From NCBI GenBank assembly GCA_963804645.1, contig CAWDRG010000009.1, positions 1,088,001 to 1,152,000 of the forward strand: 64,000 bases of DNA, read 5' to 3'. Positions 39,951 through 50,185 of the stretch are shown in pieces. The position numbers and the translations under genes were made by a program. Within the stretch, counting starts at the first letter, position 1, and every line of letters starts with the position of its first letter. The stretch is from an uncultured Bacillota bacterium. GTDB taxonomy: Bacteria > Sysuimicrobiota > Sysuimicrobiia > Sysuimicrobiales > Segetimicrobiaceae. Under the pieces are notes generated by a model. The model saw nothing but the letters and a program-made list of their open reading frames with translations, had not been told where the DNA came from and searched no databases.

Positions 39951-41322
39951 ATGACGGGGCAGACGTACACAGAGGGGCTGGCGGCATTTATCGCGGGCGT
40001 ACGGTATGAGGACATCCCGGCAGCGGTGCTGGGGCACGCGAAGCTGATGGTTCTGGACAGCGTGGGGTGCGGGCTGTTGGGGGCGGGGTTGCCGTGGTCG
40101 GTGCGGCTGCGGGCGGCGCTGGCGGGGGTGGAGGCGCCGGGGGACGTGAGCGTATGGGGAACGGGGACGAAGCTGTCGGCGCCGACCGCGGCGCTGGCGA
40201 ATGGGACGGCGGTGCACGGGTTCGAGCTGGACGATGTCGGGGTGGGGGGCCACAACGGGTCGGTGGTCCTGACGGCGGGGCTGGGGCTGGCGGAGCACCG
40301 AGGCGGGGTGACCGGGAAAGAGCTGCTGACGGCGGTGGTGGCGGGGGTAGAGACGGCGAGCCGGGTGCAGAACTGCATCGGCCGTGCGCCGCACGTGAAG
40401 ATGGGGTTTCACGGGCCGAGCGTGATAGGGACGTTCGCGGCGACGGCGGCGGCCAGCCGGGTGCTGGGGCTGAGTGGGGAGCAGGTGACGGACGCGCTGG
40501 GGCACGCGGGGCAGCAGACGGCGGGGCTGATGGCGGTGCAGCACGGGGGAATGGGGAAGCGCCTCTTGGCGGGGAAGGCGGCGCAGAGCGGGACGCTGGC
40601 GGTGGTGCTGGCCGCGGCCGGATTCACGAACGTGCGGGACATTTTCGAATGTGAGTACGGGGGGTTCTGTTCCGCGTTCAGCGGGGGGCAGCGAACGTAC
40701 AAGCTGGAGGAGTTGGTGAGCGGGCTGGGGACGCGGTGGGAACGCCGGGGTGAACTTCAAGATGTGGGCGTGTCGGGTCCCGATCCACCCGGCGCTGGAG
40801 GCGCTGCGCGAACTGCAGCGGGAGCATGGGGTGCGCGCGGAGCGGGTGGCGCGGATCCGCGTGTGGCTGGACGAGGGGGCGTATAAGGCGGTGGGGTTCG
40901 CGTGGGAGCCGACGACGGTGACATCGGCGCAGATGAATTTACAGTACTGCGCGGCGCAGCTGCTGCTGGAGGGGGACGTGTTCGTCGATCAGTTCACGGA
41001 CGCGAAGCTGGCGGCCCCGGCGGTGTTGGACATGGTCCGGCGCGTCGAGACGATCTACGATCCCGAGCTTGATGCGCTAGGCCACTTTCAGCGGCAGGAG
41101 CGGGTGGAGGTAGAGCTGAAGGACGGAGGGGTTCTGCAGACGGTGGGCATGACGCGGGGAGGCCCGGAGAACCCGATCGGGCCGGCGGACGTGATCGAGA
41201 AGTTTCGCAAGATCGGTCGCCGCTGCCTGTCCTCGACCATTCAGGACGAATTTCTCAGCCTGTATGACCGTGTCGAAACGCTGCCGGACGTCGCGCCCTT
41301 GATTGCGCTCCTCCGCGTCTGA
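39951..41322 (+). CDS. MmgE/PrpD family protein, copy 3 (frameshift near 40745)
   Basis: LDSVGCGLLG, ALANGTAVHGFELDD, GHNG, GFHGP, MGKRLLAGKAA, FKMWAC, SAQMNL and RGGPENP. Confidence 0.9.
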
Positions 41323-41427
41323 GCGCCGGGCTGTTGGCTGCCGCCGCCGTTCCCGTTCGGGCGCGCGAGTTCCGGCACGACCACACGCGTTCCGCGTGCG
41401 AATGCTGCTGAGTGGGAGGGAGACTCG

Positions 41428-42644
41428 TGTTGATCAGTGAGACCCAAGACGGACGGCGGGCCAGCCGGCGATCCTTGCTGCTCGGCGCGGGGCGCCGCAT
41501 CGGCGACGCGGTGCTCGGTGCGGCGCTCCTGCGCTTGGGCGTTCCGGATGCCGCGCTGGCGCAGACTCGAGCCGATGGGCCGCAGGGTGCGGTCACCGCC
41601 GCGGTGGCCGGGTCGCCCCAGATCGATGCCGACGTCCAGGAGGTCTACACGCAGTTCGTCCGGACGGAGATGCCCGGGGTCCCCGTTGAGCTCGTCCAGG
41701 CGGCGAAGCGCGAGGGCACGGTCACGTTCTACCATCTCGTGAACCCCGCCAACACGGTTATCGTCGCGGCATTTCAGGATCGGTTCCCGTACATCAAAGT
41801 GGAGACGCAGGAGATGAACGGGGGCGCCTTGGTGCAGCGGTTCATGTCCGAGGCCGAGGCCAAGGCGAGGATTGCCGACGTCGTGCAGTTGTCGTCCACT
41901 CCGGATGCCCAGAAGGCGCTGGCGGACCATTTCGTGCTGCAGTATTCGTCGGAGGCAGAGCACGACTTCCAGACCACCCACTACGTGCCCGGCTACATCG
42001 CGCCCGTGTCCGGCGAGGTGATGGGAATCGGATACAACCCCCAGCGGATCTCCGATGCCGACGCCGCGGTGTTTCGGTCGTGGGACGGCCTGATGGATCC
42101 CCGGTGGCACGGCAAGCGGTTTGCGGTCGCCGAGGTGCTGGGCGGCGGCTCGACGGAGCTCCTCAACTACTACGAATACCAGAAGTACGGCACCCGGCTG
42201 TGGCAGCAGATGGCGAGCTCGGGCTACGCGATCTATCCCGGGGCCGTCCAGCAGAGTGACTCGGTGGTGTCCGGCGAGACCGACATCGCCGCTGGGATGC
42301 CGGGCGCGCTGATCGCCGCGAAATGGGATACCGGCGCCCCGATCCATTGGAAGTTTCCGCAGCCGTTCCTCGCTGCCCCGGCCGCTCAGTTCATCAACGC
42401 CTCGGCGCCGCACCCCAACGCCGCCAAACTGCTTCAGGAATACTGCTTGACTCGGCAGGCGCAGGAGTTCATCGTGGCCGGCGGCAGCGTGTCGTTTCGG
42501 ACGGGCGTGCAGCAGACGGCGAAATATGCCCACGAGGCGTGGTACATCGCCCCGGACGCAAAGCTGTTCTGGAAGTTTACCGACCAGGCACTGGCGGCGA
42601 CGATGCCCGACATCGCCGCGAAGTGGAGGGCGATCTTCAAGTGA
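41428..42644 (+). CDS. AfuA/FbpA-type ABC substrate-binding protein, Tat-like leader
   Basis: SRRSLLL leader, LVQAAKREGTVTFY, SWDGLMDPRWHGK and APHPNAAKL. Exact start uncertain. Confidence 0.85.
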
Positions 42645-42759
42645 GCGGGCGGGTGATCCCCGGTTACGCCCCTGTGGTGTGTGCCCCGGCTCGAGGTACG
42701 GACCGTCGACGGCGATCGAGCGCACGCCGGCGGAGGCTCGGAAGGAGGACGCCGTGACG

Positions 42760-43614
42760 ATGGCTACGCCGGGCGATGGACAGCTCGTACTGTTTGAGCA
42801 GCGTGACGGCGTCGGACGCATCACATTGAACCGTCCCGAGAAGCGCAACGCGCTGAGCCGGGCGCTGCTGGGGGAGCTGCGAGCGGCGCTCGACGCCGCC
42901 CGCGCCGGCTGCCGAGTTGTGGTGGTGACGGGCGCCGGCGTGGCGTTCTGCGGGGGAATCGATCTCAGCGAGTCGCGCGAGCTTCGCGGGCTGCGAGCCG
43001 CGGAGGACCCCTCGGGGACAGATGCCGCTGAGGACCGCGCCGCCCAGACGCCCCGTCCGGTGCCACTCCGGGACGTGTGGGTGGAGACGAACGAGGTGAT
43101 CCGGCGGCACCCGGCGATCATGGTCGCCGCCGTGAACGGGTTCGCGCTCGGGGGCGGGCTGACGCTGGTGCACAACTGCGAGCTGGCGATCGCGTCCGAG
43201 CGGGCGGAGTTCGGCATGCCGGAGGTGGGATTCGGCACCTTTCCGGGAATCGCCGGGCCGGCGACGACTCGGCGGATTCTGCCCAAGCACGCCGCCGACA
43301 TGATTCTCACGGCGCGGCGGATCGGCGCCGAGACGGCGGAGCGGTGGGGGATCGTGAACGCGGTGGTGCCGCACGAGCGGCTGCTCGAGGAGGCGGAGGC
43401 GCTGGCGCGGCACATCGCGCAGTTCGATCCGGTGGTGCTGGACTACAGCAAGAAGGCGCTGCGGGAGCTGGAGCTGATGCCGTGGAGCGAGGGCATCGGA
43501 TACGGCGGGTACGTCAACAGCGCGATTCGGGAGCACTCGCAGGCGTCGCGGGACGGCATCAGCCGCTTTCTGAGCGGACAGCGGAATCCTGGCCAGGGGG
43601 CTGGCGGGCAGTGA
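42760..43614 (+). CDS. Crotonase-fold protein, HCHL-like, copy 2
   Basis: Same motifs as 29078-29914. AAGGAGG RBS. Confidence 0.88.
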   Translation: MATPGDGQLVLFEQRDGVGRITLNRPEKRNALSRALLGELRAALDAARAGCRVVVVTGAGVAFCGGIDLSESRELRGLRAAEDPSGTDAAEDRAAQTPRPVPLRDVWVETNEVIRRHPAIMVAAVNGFALGGGLTLVHNCELAIASERAEFGMPEVGFGTFPGIAGPATTRRILPKHAADMILTARRIGAETAERWGIVNAVVPHERLLEEAEALARHIAQFDPVVLDYSKKALRELELMPWSEGIGYGGYVNSAIREHSQASRDGISRFLSGQRNPGQGAGGQ

Positions 43615-43648
43615 CCGTATCTCGCGGCGCGAGAGGAGAGATCGGCGC

Positions 43649-44461
43649 ATGGCCATGATCGGATACGGAGAGCTCGTCCTGCTCCGGAAGGGCGACGGCA
43701 TGGGTGTGATCACCTTGAACCGTCCTGAGAAGCGCAACGCGCTGAGTAGTGCGCTGCAGCTGGAGCTCCGGGCGGCGCTGGAGGACGCGCGCGCCGACTG
43801 CCGCGCCCTCGTCGTGACGGGCGCCGGCGTCGCCTTCTGCGCCGGCGTCGACCTGGCCGAGCAGCGGGAGCGCCGGGCGCAGGGCGGCCAGCGCGTCTAC
43901 GCGCACGGCGGCAACATGTGGGTGGAGACGAACGAGATCATCCGGCGGCATCCGGCGATCATGATCGCCGCGGTGAACGGGTTCGCGCTCGGCGGCGGGC
44001 TGACGCTGATCCACAACTGCGAACTGGCGATCGCGTCCGAGCGGGCCGAGTTCGGCATGCCGGAGATGGGGTTCGGCACGTTTCCGGGGCTGGCCGGGCC
44101 GGCGACGATCCGGCGGATCCTGCCCAAGCACGCCGCCTACATGATTCTCACGGCGCGGCGGATCAGCGCCGAGACGGGCGCACGGTGGGGGATCGTGAAC
44201 ACGGTGGTGCCGCACGAGCGGCTGCTGGAGGAGGCGGAGGCGCTGGCGCGGCACGTCGCGCAGTTCGATCCGGTGGTCCTGGACTACAGCAAGAAGGCGC
44301 TGCGGGAGCTGGAGCTGATGCCGTGGAGCGAAGGCATCGGGTACGGCGGGTACGTGAACAGCGCGATCCGGGAGCACTCGCAGGCGTCGCGGGAGGGCGT
44401 CAACCGCTTCCTGAGCGGGCAGCGAAACCCCGGCCAAGGGGCCGACGCGGAGAAGGCATGA
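43649..44461 (+). CDS. Crotonase-fold protein, HCHL-like, copy 3
   Basis: Same motifs as 29078-29914. In tandem with copy 2. Confidence 0.88.
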   Translation: MAMIGYGELVLLRKGDGMGVITLNRPEKRNALSSALQLELRAALEDARADCRALVVTGAGVAFCAGVDLAEQRERRAQGGQRVYAHGGNMWVETNEIIRRHPAIMIAAVNGFALGGGLTLIHNCELAIASERAEFGMPEMGFGTFPGLAGPATIRRILPKHAAYMILTARRISAETGARWGIVNTVVPHERLLEEAEALARHVAQFDPVVLDYSKKALRELELMPWSEGIGYGGYVNSAIREHSQASREGVNRFLSGQRNPGQGADAEKA

Positions 44462-44489
44462 CCGCGGGATCCCGGGTCGCGGAGCGGAC

Positions 44490-45866
44490 GTGACGGTGGT
44501 GCGAGGGTACACGGAGGATCTCGCCCAGTTCATCGCCACCGTGACATTCGATGATATTCCCCTGCCGGTGGTCGAGCACGCCAAGCTCCTCGTGCTGGAC
44601 AGCCTGGGATGCGGGCTCCTCGGAGCCGGACTGCCGTGGTCCGTGCGGCTGCGCGCCGCGCTGCAGGCGGTCGAAGCACCCGGTGACGCGAGCGTGTGGG
44701 GGACCGGGGTGAAGCTGTCGGCGCCGAGTGCGGCGCTGGCGAACGGGACGGCGGTGCACGGATTCGAGCTCGATGATTTCGGGACCGGGCACAACGGGGC
44801 GGTGGTGCTGCCCGCGGGGCTCGCCCTGGCGGAGCACCGGGGCGGGGTGTCGGGAAAGGACCTGCTGACGGCGGTCGTGGCCGGCGCCGAAACCGCGAAC
44901 CGCGTGCAGAACTGCCTCGGGCGCGAGCCGCAGGTGGCGATGGGATTTCACGCGCCGAGCATTATCGGGACGTTCGCGGCGGCGGCGACGGCGAGCCGGG
45001 TGCTAGGCCTGAGCGGGGCGCAGGTGACGGACGCGCTGGGGCACGCGGGGCAGCAGACGGCGGGGCTGATGGCGGTGCAGCACGGGGGGATGGGGAAGCG
45101 GCTCTTGGCGGGGAAGGCGGCGCAGAGCGGGACGCTGGCGGCGGTGCTGTCGGCGGCGGGGTTCACGAACGTCCCGAACATCTTCGAGTGCGAGTACGGG
45201 GGCTTTTGCTCTGCGTTCAGCGGCGCGCGTAAGACGTATCGGCTCGAGGCGCTCGCGGAGGGTCTCGGGACGGACTGGTACACGCCCCGCGCGCACTTCA
45301 AGATGTGGGCGTGTCGCGTGCCGATTCATCCGGCGCTGGAGGCGCTGAGCGCCCTTCGGCGGGACCACCCATTTGCGGTCGACGACGTCGAGCGGATTCG
45401 CGTGTGGCTAAACGAGGGAGCCTACAAAGCCGTGGGGTTTCCCTGGGTCCCGACGACCGTCACCTCCGCGCAGATGAACCTCCGGTACTGCGTGTCGATG
45501 CTGCTGCTCGAACACGATGTGTTCGTCGACCAGTTCACCGACGCGAAGCTGGCCGACCCGCGCCTGCTCGACCTGACGGCGCGGATCGAGACGATTCACG
45601 ACCCCGCGCTGGATGCGGCGGGCCACAAGCCTCAGCGCGAGACCCGGATCGAGGTGCACCTCCGCGACGGCGCGGTGCGCCGCGGAGTCGGGGTGACCCG
45701 AGGAGGCGCCGGGTACCCCATCCGGCCCGAAGACGTGACGGAGAAGTTTCGCAAAGTCGCGGGCCGCTGCGTCTCGGATCAGGTGCGGGACCGGCTCGTC
45801 GATCTGGCGGCCCGACTGGAGACGCTGTCGGACGTCGCCCCGCTGCTCCAGTGCCTGCGCGCGTGA
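44490..45866 (+). CDS. MmgE/PrpD family protein, copy 4
   Basis: Intact 458-aa ORF with HGFELDDFGTGHNG, GFHAP, FKMWAC and SAQMNL. Confidence 0.92.
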   Translation: MTVVRGYTEDLAQFIATVTFDDIPLPVVEHAKLLVLDSLGCGLLGAGLPWSVRLRAALQAVEAPGDASVWGTGVKLSAPSAALANGTAVHGFELDDFGTGHNGAVVLPAGLALAEHRGGVSGKDLLTAVVAGAETANRVQNCLGREPQVAMGFHAPSIIGTFAAAATASRVLGLSGAQVTDALGHAGQQTAGLMAVQHGGMGKRLLAGKAAQSGTLAAVLSAAGFTNVPNIFECEYGGFCSAFSGARKTYRLEALAEGLGTDWYTPRAHFKMWACRVPIHPALEALSALRRDHPFAVDDVERIRVWLNEGAYKAVGFPWVPTTVTSAQMNLRYCVSMLLLEHDVFVDQFTDAKLADPRLLDLTARIETIHDPALDAAGHKPQRETRIEVHLRDGAVRRGVGVTRGGAGYPIRPEDVTEKFRKVAGRCVSDQVRDRLVDLAARLETLSDVAPLLQCLRA

Positions 45867-46060
45867 ACGCCGGATCGGGCGGCGGAGGCGGCGCGTGCGC
45901 GCGGCAGGAGTGGGGATGGTGGAGCGGAAGGTCGAGATTGTCGTGCACACCGCGTCGCATCGTCCGCGCGGGATGAGCGGGGAATCGAATCGGGCGCGGC
46001 CTCGGTCTTATGATCGGCGGACGCCGCCGGCCGCGACCCGGCATCTGGGAGGGTGAGAGC

Positions 46061-46747
46061 ATGCGAGGACGCTGGTACGGACAGTCGTCGTTTCGATTGG
46101 AGAGCGGTACGCAGTCAGTCTGTATTGACCCGTTTGCGCCACCGACCGAAGCCAATCGAAAGGGACGGCAGTTTGATTATCCCGCGATTCGGGATGTCGC
46201 AGCCCAGGTGCTGCTGATCACGCACGAGCACTGGGACCACAACGGCGTCGAGGCAGTCAGCGGGTCTCCGACAACGTTTCGCTCCAGAGCCGGTACGTTC
46301 GAGTCGCCGATCGGCCAGGTGCTGGCGATCGCCTCAGAACACGATGACGTGGCCGGGACGAAGCGCGGGTCGAACATCATCTTCGTCTTCTCGCTCGGAG
46401 GCGTCCGCGTTGCCTACTTCGGGGATTTCGGGCAGCGCGATCTGCGTCCGGAGCAGGCCACCGTCATCGGCCATCCCGATCTGGTGTTTATGCCGGTCGG
46501 CGGTGGCGCCACTTCCGGCGCGGACCAGGCGTTTGCCATCGTGACGCGCCTCGGCGCCCGGTGGATCGTGCCGATGCACTACCGCACCTCGGCCATCAAT
46601 TTTCTCGAGCCGGTCGACGCGTTTTTGGCCAAGTATAAGCCCGGTCAGATCGTGCGGTTCGACCGCCCCGAGTTCGATACCGACGATCCGAGGATGTCGG
46701 CCGCCGCGCCGGTGGTGGTGCTGCCCGCCGTCCCCGCGGGCGCGTAG
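46061..46747 (+). CDS. MBL-fold metallo-hydrolase
   Basis: WYGQSSF, IDPF, LITHEHWDHN, FGDFG and IVPMHY. Confidence 0.9.
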   Translation: MRGRWYGQSSFRLESGTQSVCIDPFAPPTEANRKGRQFDYPAIRDVAAQVLLITHEHWDHNGVEAVSGSPTTFRSRAGTFESPIGQVLAIASEHDDVAGTKRGSNIIFVFSLGGVRVAYFGDFGQRDLRPEQATVIGHPDLVFMPVGGGATSGADQAFAIVTRLGARWIVPMHYRTSAINFLEPVDAFLAKYKPGQIVRFDRPEFDTDDPRMSAAAPVVVLPAVPAGA

Positions 46748-46780
46748 CGCGGCTCCGGCGGCGCGGCGGGACCGCGGCGC

Positions 46781-47353
46781 ATGCTGATTCGGGCAGATCT
46801 GCACACACATGCTTTTGGCGACGGGCGGTTCGGCCCGTCGACCGCGGATCTGGTCGCGGCGCTGGTGGACGCCGCCGTCGACGTTGGGCTCGACTGCCTG
46901 GCGGTGACCGATCACGACGACCTGCGCCCCGGACTCCTGGCCGAGGAGTACGTGGCGGCGCGCGGCCTTCCGATTCTGGTGGTGCCGGGCATGGAGGTCA
47001 CCACCGAGGGCGGACACCTCGTGGCCCTCGGGGTGCGGACGCCGATTCCGGGATGGCAGCCGCTGGCGGAGACGATCGCACAGATCCGTGCGGCCGGGGC
47101 GATCAGCCTGCTGCCCCATCCGTTCTTCGATCACCTGCGCTGGCGTACGGACGTCGACGCGATCGAGCGATTCAACAGCCGGTACGGCGATTTTGAGGTG
47201 GCGGGCGCGCCGGTCGCCGTCGTCGCGAGCAGCGACGCGCACGGGGCGGCGGACCTCCGGGGCAGTGCTCACCACACGCTGATCGACGGTGTCGCGCTCC
47301 GGTGGTCGGCGGTCGCCGATGCGGTGCGCGCCGGTCGCACCACCGCCGTCTGA
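46781..47353 (+). CDS. PHP-domain metal-dependent phosphoesterase
   Basis: DLHTH, AVTDHD, PGMEVTT..GHL, PHPF and SSDAH. Confidence 0.9.
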   Translation: MLIRADLHTHAFGDGRFGPSTADLVAALVDAAVDVGLDCLAVTDHDDLRPGLLAEEYVAARGLPILVVPGMEVTTEGGHLVALGVRTPIPGWQPLAETIAQIRAAGAISLLPHPFFDHLRWRTDVDAIERFNSRYGDFEVAGAPVAVVASSDAHGAADLRGSAHHTLIDGVALRWSAVADAVRAGRTTAV

Positions 47354-47412
47354 CCCTACGACCCCGGCGCCGGGCCGCAGGGCGTACCCATCACCGAGCG
47401 CCTGGGGGCCGA

Positions 47413-48465
47413 ATGTTCATCGAGGCCAATCTTCGGAACGTGACCCTTGACGGGCTGCCGCGGCTGTCCGCGTTTGCGGAGGACGTGGGGTTCGACGGCC
47501 TCGGGCACTCCGAGGTGACGCGCGATCCGTTTCTTGCGCTGACGATCGCCGCGTCCAACACGCGCCGGGTGCGCCTGACGACGGCGGTCGCGATTGCCTT
47601 TCCGCGCAGTCCGATGATCGTCGCCTATCTCGCGCGCAACCTGCAGGAGCTGTCGCGGGACCGTTTCGTCCTGGGTCTCGGCACGCAAGTGCGCGCGCAC
47701 ATTCAGCACCGATTCAGCAGCGAGTGGGGGGCTCCCGGCCCGAGACTGCGGGACTACGTCGAGTCGCTGCGCGCGATCTGGGACACCTGGCAGCGCGGAG
47801 TGCCGCTGGCGTATCAGGGAAAATTCTACTCCTTCACGCTGATGACGCCGGAATTTTCGCTCGGCCCGACGGAATATCCGCCGATCCGGGTGCAGATCGG
47901 CGCGATGAACCCCTACAACGTGCAGCTCGCCGGAGAGATCTGCGACGGGGTGCGCCTGCACTCGTTCGTGACGCCGGAGTACATCCGGGACGTGATCTGG
48001 CCGAATCTGCGCGCGGGCGCGGCCCGGCGCGGGCGCTCGCTGGACGGCTTTGAGGTCATGGCGGGCGGGTTCATCGCGACGGGCGCGACCCAGGCCGAGG
48101 TCGACGCGGCGCGCGAGAAAGTGCGGTACCGCATCGGGCACTACGCCTCGACGCGGTCCTATCTCCCGGTCCTGGAACATCACGGGTGGACCGACACGTT
48201 TGGGCAGCTGCGCGAACTGATCGCCGCGGGGCGCTGGAAGGCGCTGGCGTCCGTGATCACGGACGAGATGCTTGACCGGTTTTGCGCGGCGGCCACCTAC
48301 GAGCGGCTGCCGGGCGTGATCCGCGACCGGCTGGGCGGGCTGGTCGATGGCGTCGTGCTGCCGATGTCAGAGGAGCTGTACGCGCATCGCGACCGAATGG
48401 CGTCGACCGTGGCCGAGCTGCGGGCGCTTGCCGCCGCCAGCCGGGCACCGTCCGTGCGCGGGTGA
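47413..48465 (+). CDS. LLM-class oxidoreductase, F420-dependent type (TIGR03617-like)
   Basis: EVTRDPF, AVAIAFPRSPM, LGLGTQVRAHI..RF, FTLMTPEF and HYAST..Y..VL..HGW. Confidence 0.85.
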   Translation: MFIEANLRNVTLDGLPRLSAFAEDVGFDGLGHSEVTRDPFLALTIAASNTRRVRLTTAVAIAFPRSPMIVAYLARNLQELSRDRFVLGLGTQVRAHIQHRFSSEWGAPGPRLRDYVESLRAIWDTWQRGVPLAYQGKFYSFTLMTPEFSLGPTEYPPIRVQIGAMNPYNVQLAGEICDGVRLHSFVTPEYIRDVIWPNLRAGAARRGRSLDGFEVMAGGFIATGATQAEVDAAREKVRYRIGHYASTRSYLPVLEHHGWTDTFGQLRELIAAGRWKALASVITDEMLDRFCAAATYERLPGVIRDRLGGLVDGVVLPMSEELYAHRDRMASTVAELRALAAASRAPSVRG

Positions 48466-48540
48466 TCGTCCGGCCCCCTCGCGCCGGGCACGCGCACGGG
48501 CGCACTCGACCGGATGACAAGGAGTCCCTCGGAGGCGAAC

Positions 48541-49287
48541 ATGGCGGAATTGACGGAACAGCGGGCGGTCGTGACCGGCGCGGCGCGCGGGATCGGGTTC
48601 GCGATCGCGAAGCGGCTGCTGACCGACGGCGCGGTGGTCAGCGTGTGGGATGTCGACCGCCTCAAGGCCGACGAGGCGGCGGAGCGTCTGCGGCCGCTGG
48701 GCGATGTGCACGCGGTCGCGGTCGACGTCACCGACGCGGCCGCCGTCGCGGCGGCGGCCGAGGCCACGGTCGCGCGACTCGGGGCGATCGAGATCCTCGT
48801 CAACAACGCCGGCATCGCCGGCCCGAACATGCCCACGTGGGAGTATCCTCCGGACGCGTGGCGGCAGGTCCTTGATGTTGACTTGACGGGGGTGTTCCAC
48901 TGCTGCCGCGCGATTATTCCCGCGATGCTCGCGCGGCGCTATGGCCGCATCGTCAACATCGCCTCGATCGCGGGCAAGGAGGGCAACCCCAACGCCCCCG
49001 CCTACAGCGCGGCGAAGGCCGGCGTCATTGCACTGACCAAATCCCTCGGAAAAGAGCTCGTGGGTACGGGCGCGCTGGCCAACTGCGTGACCCCGGCCGC
49101 CGTGGAAACCGACATTTTTTCGCAGATGACGAAAGAGCACATCGAGTACATGCGGTCCAAGATCCCGCTCGGACGCTTCTGCACGGTCGACGAGGTCGCA
49201 TCCCTCGTCGCCTGGCTCGCGTCCAGGGAGTGTTCGTTTTCCACCGGGGCGGTGTTCGATATCTCTGGGGGGCGTGCGACCTACTGA
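48541..49287 (+). CDS. Short-chain dehydrogenase/reductase (sugar-acid dehydrogenase-like)
   Basis: TGAARGIG, NNAGIAG, ASIAGKEGNPNAPAYSAAK and FDISGGRATY. Confidence 0.92.
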   Translation: MAELTEQRAVVTGAARGIGFAIAKRLLTDGAVVSVWDVDRLKADEAAERLRPLGDVHAVAVDVTDAAAVAAAAEATVARLGAIEILVNNAGIAGPNMPTWEYPPDAWRQVLDVDLTGVFHCCRAIIPAMLARRYGRIVNIASIAGKEGNPNAPAYSAAKAGVIALTKSLGKELVGTGALANCVTPAAVETDIFSQMTKEHIEYMRSKIPLGRFCTVDEVASLVAWLASRECSFSTGAVFDISGGRATY

Positions 49288-49434
49288 GCGGACCCGCCTC
49301 GCCTGCGCGGCGCTGGGCGCCGGGCGTACGAGCGTGCCACAGATCGCGTCAGCGTGGCGTTTGCCTGCGCGTCAGTCCGGGAACACTTCAGGTGACGGCT
49401 GAAGGACCACGGTGCCGACCGGAGGTGATTTCGC

Positions 49435-49767
49435 GTGCCCTTCGACTGTCCGTTCTGTGAACGGGATCGTCCTCCCGGGGTGTCTCCCCGCGCGTACGTA
49501 TCGTGCCCGCACCCATGCTTTCGTTCGCTGATGTCGTCCCAACCCGGCGGAGACTACGCGTACCATGCGCTGGGTATCGACATCAATGTGGGGTTTCCAG
49601 TCGCCGGGGACGTGATGGACATCGATCGTGCGATCCTGGCGATCCTCGAGCGGCACTACGTCCGTATGGACGGCGTCTGGTTCGCCGAGACCAACGAGAT
49701 GGTCGCCGCAGCGCACCGTGAGATCCGAAACTATCTCGCGTCGCTCGAGGTGTGCGTGATCGTGTAA
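49435..49767 (+). CDS. Small hypothetical protein with Cys motifs
   Basis: 110 aa with N-terminal CPFC and CPHPC. GGAGGT RBS before GTG. Protein-like composition. Confidence 0.6.
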   Translation: MPFDCPFCERDRPPGVSPRAYVSCPHPCFRSLMSSQPGGDYAYHALGIDINVGFPVAGDVMDIDRAILAILERHYVRMDGVWFAETNEMVAAAHREIRNYLASLEVCVIV

Positions 49768-50185
49768 GACGATCGCGGGACGGTGCCCGCGCAGTCCGAC
49801 CGTCGTCTGAACCCTTGCCGATGGGTCCGGCAGATTCCGCAGCCCGCCGCTGAAGCGTTGACTGGCAGAGTCGCGAGGACCGTCCCGACCCCCGAGACTG
49901 CGGTCCGCCATGGCGCCATAGCCGCGCGGTCGCCGCAGACGGCCGTCGATCCTTGCCGAATGGGCCGGCACTCTTGTGCGGCCCGTTGAGGCGTCCGGAG
50001 ACCGCTGCGGGGAGTCGGCGCGAACACGGCTGGAGGGTGTCACGGACGAGTAACTCGGAGGCCCCGGGGCGGGAAAGGCTCTCTGGGAGGAGTTCGGGAC
50101 CGCAGAACGGAAATTCCGGCCGGATCATACGCCGGGGGACCGCCGCGTCAGTCACCGCGGGCTCGTGTCGACGGAGTACGTTCCT

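Noticed and set aside
27873..40760. Programmed frameshifting or mass pseudogenisation of island genes
   Set aside because: The shifts are scattered single-base indels with no common slippery motif and co-occur with poly-G artefacts; sequencing error is the simpler explanation.
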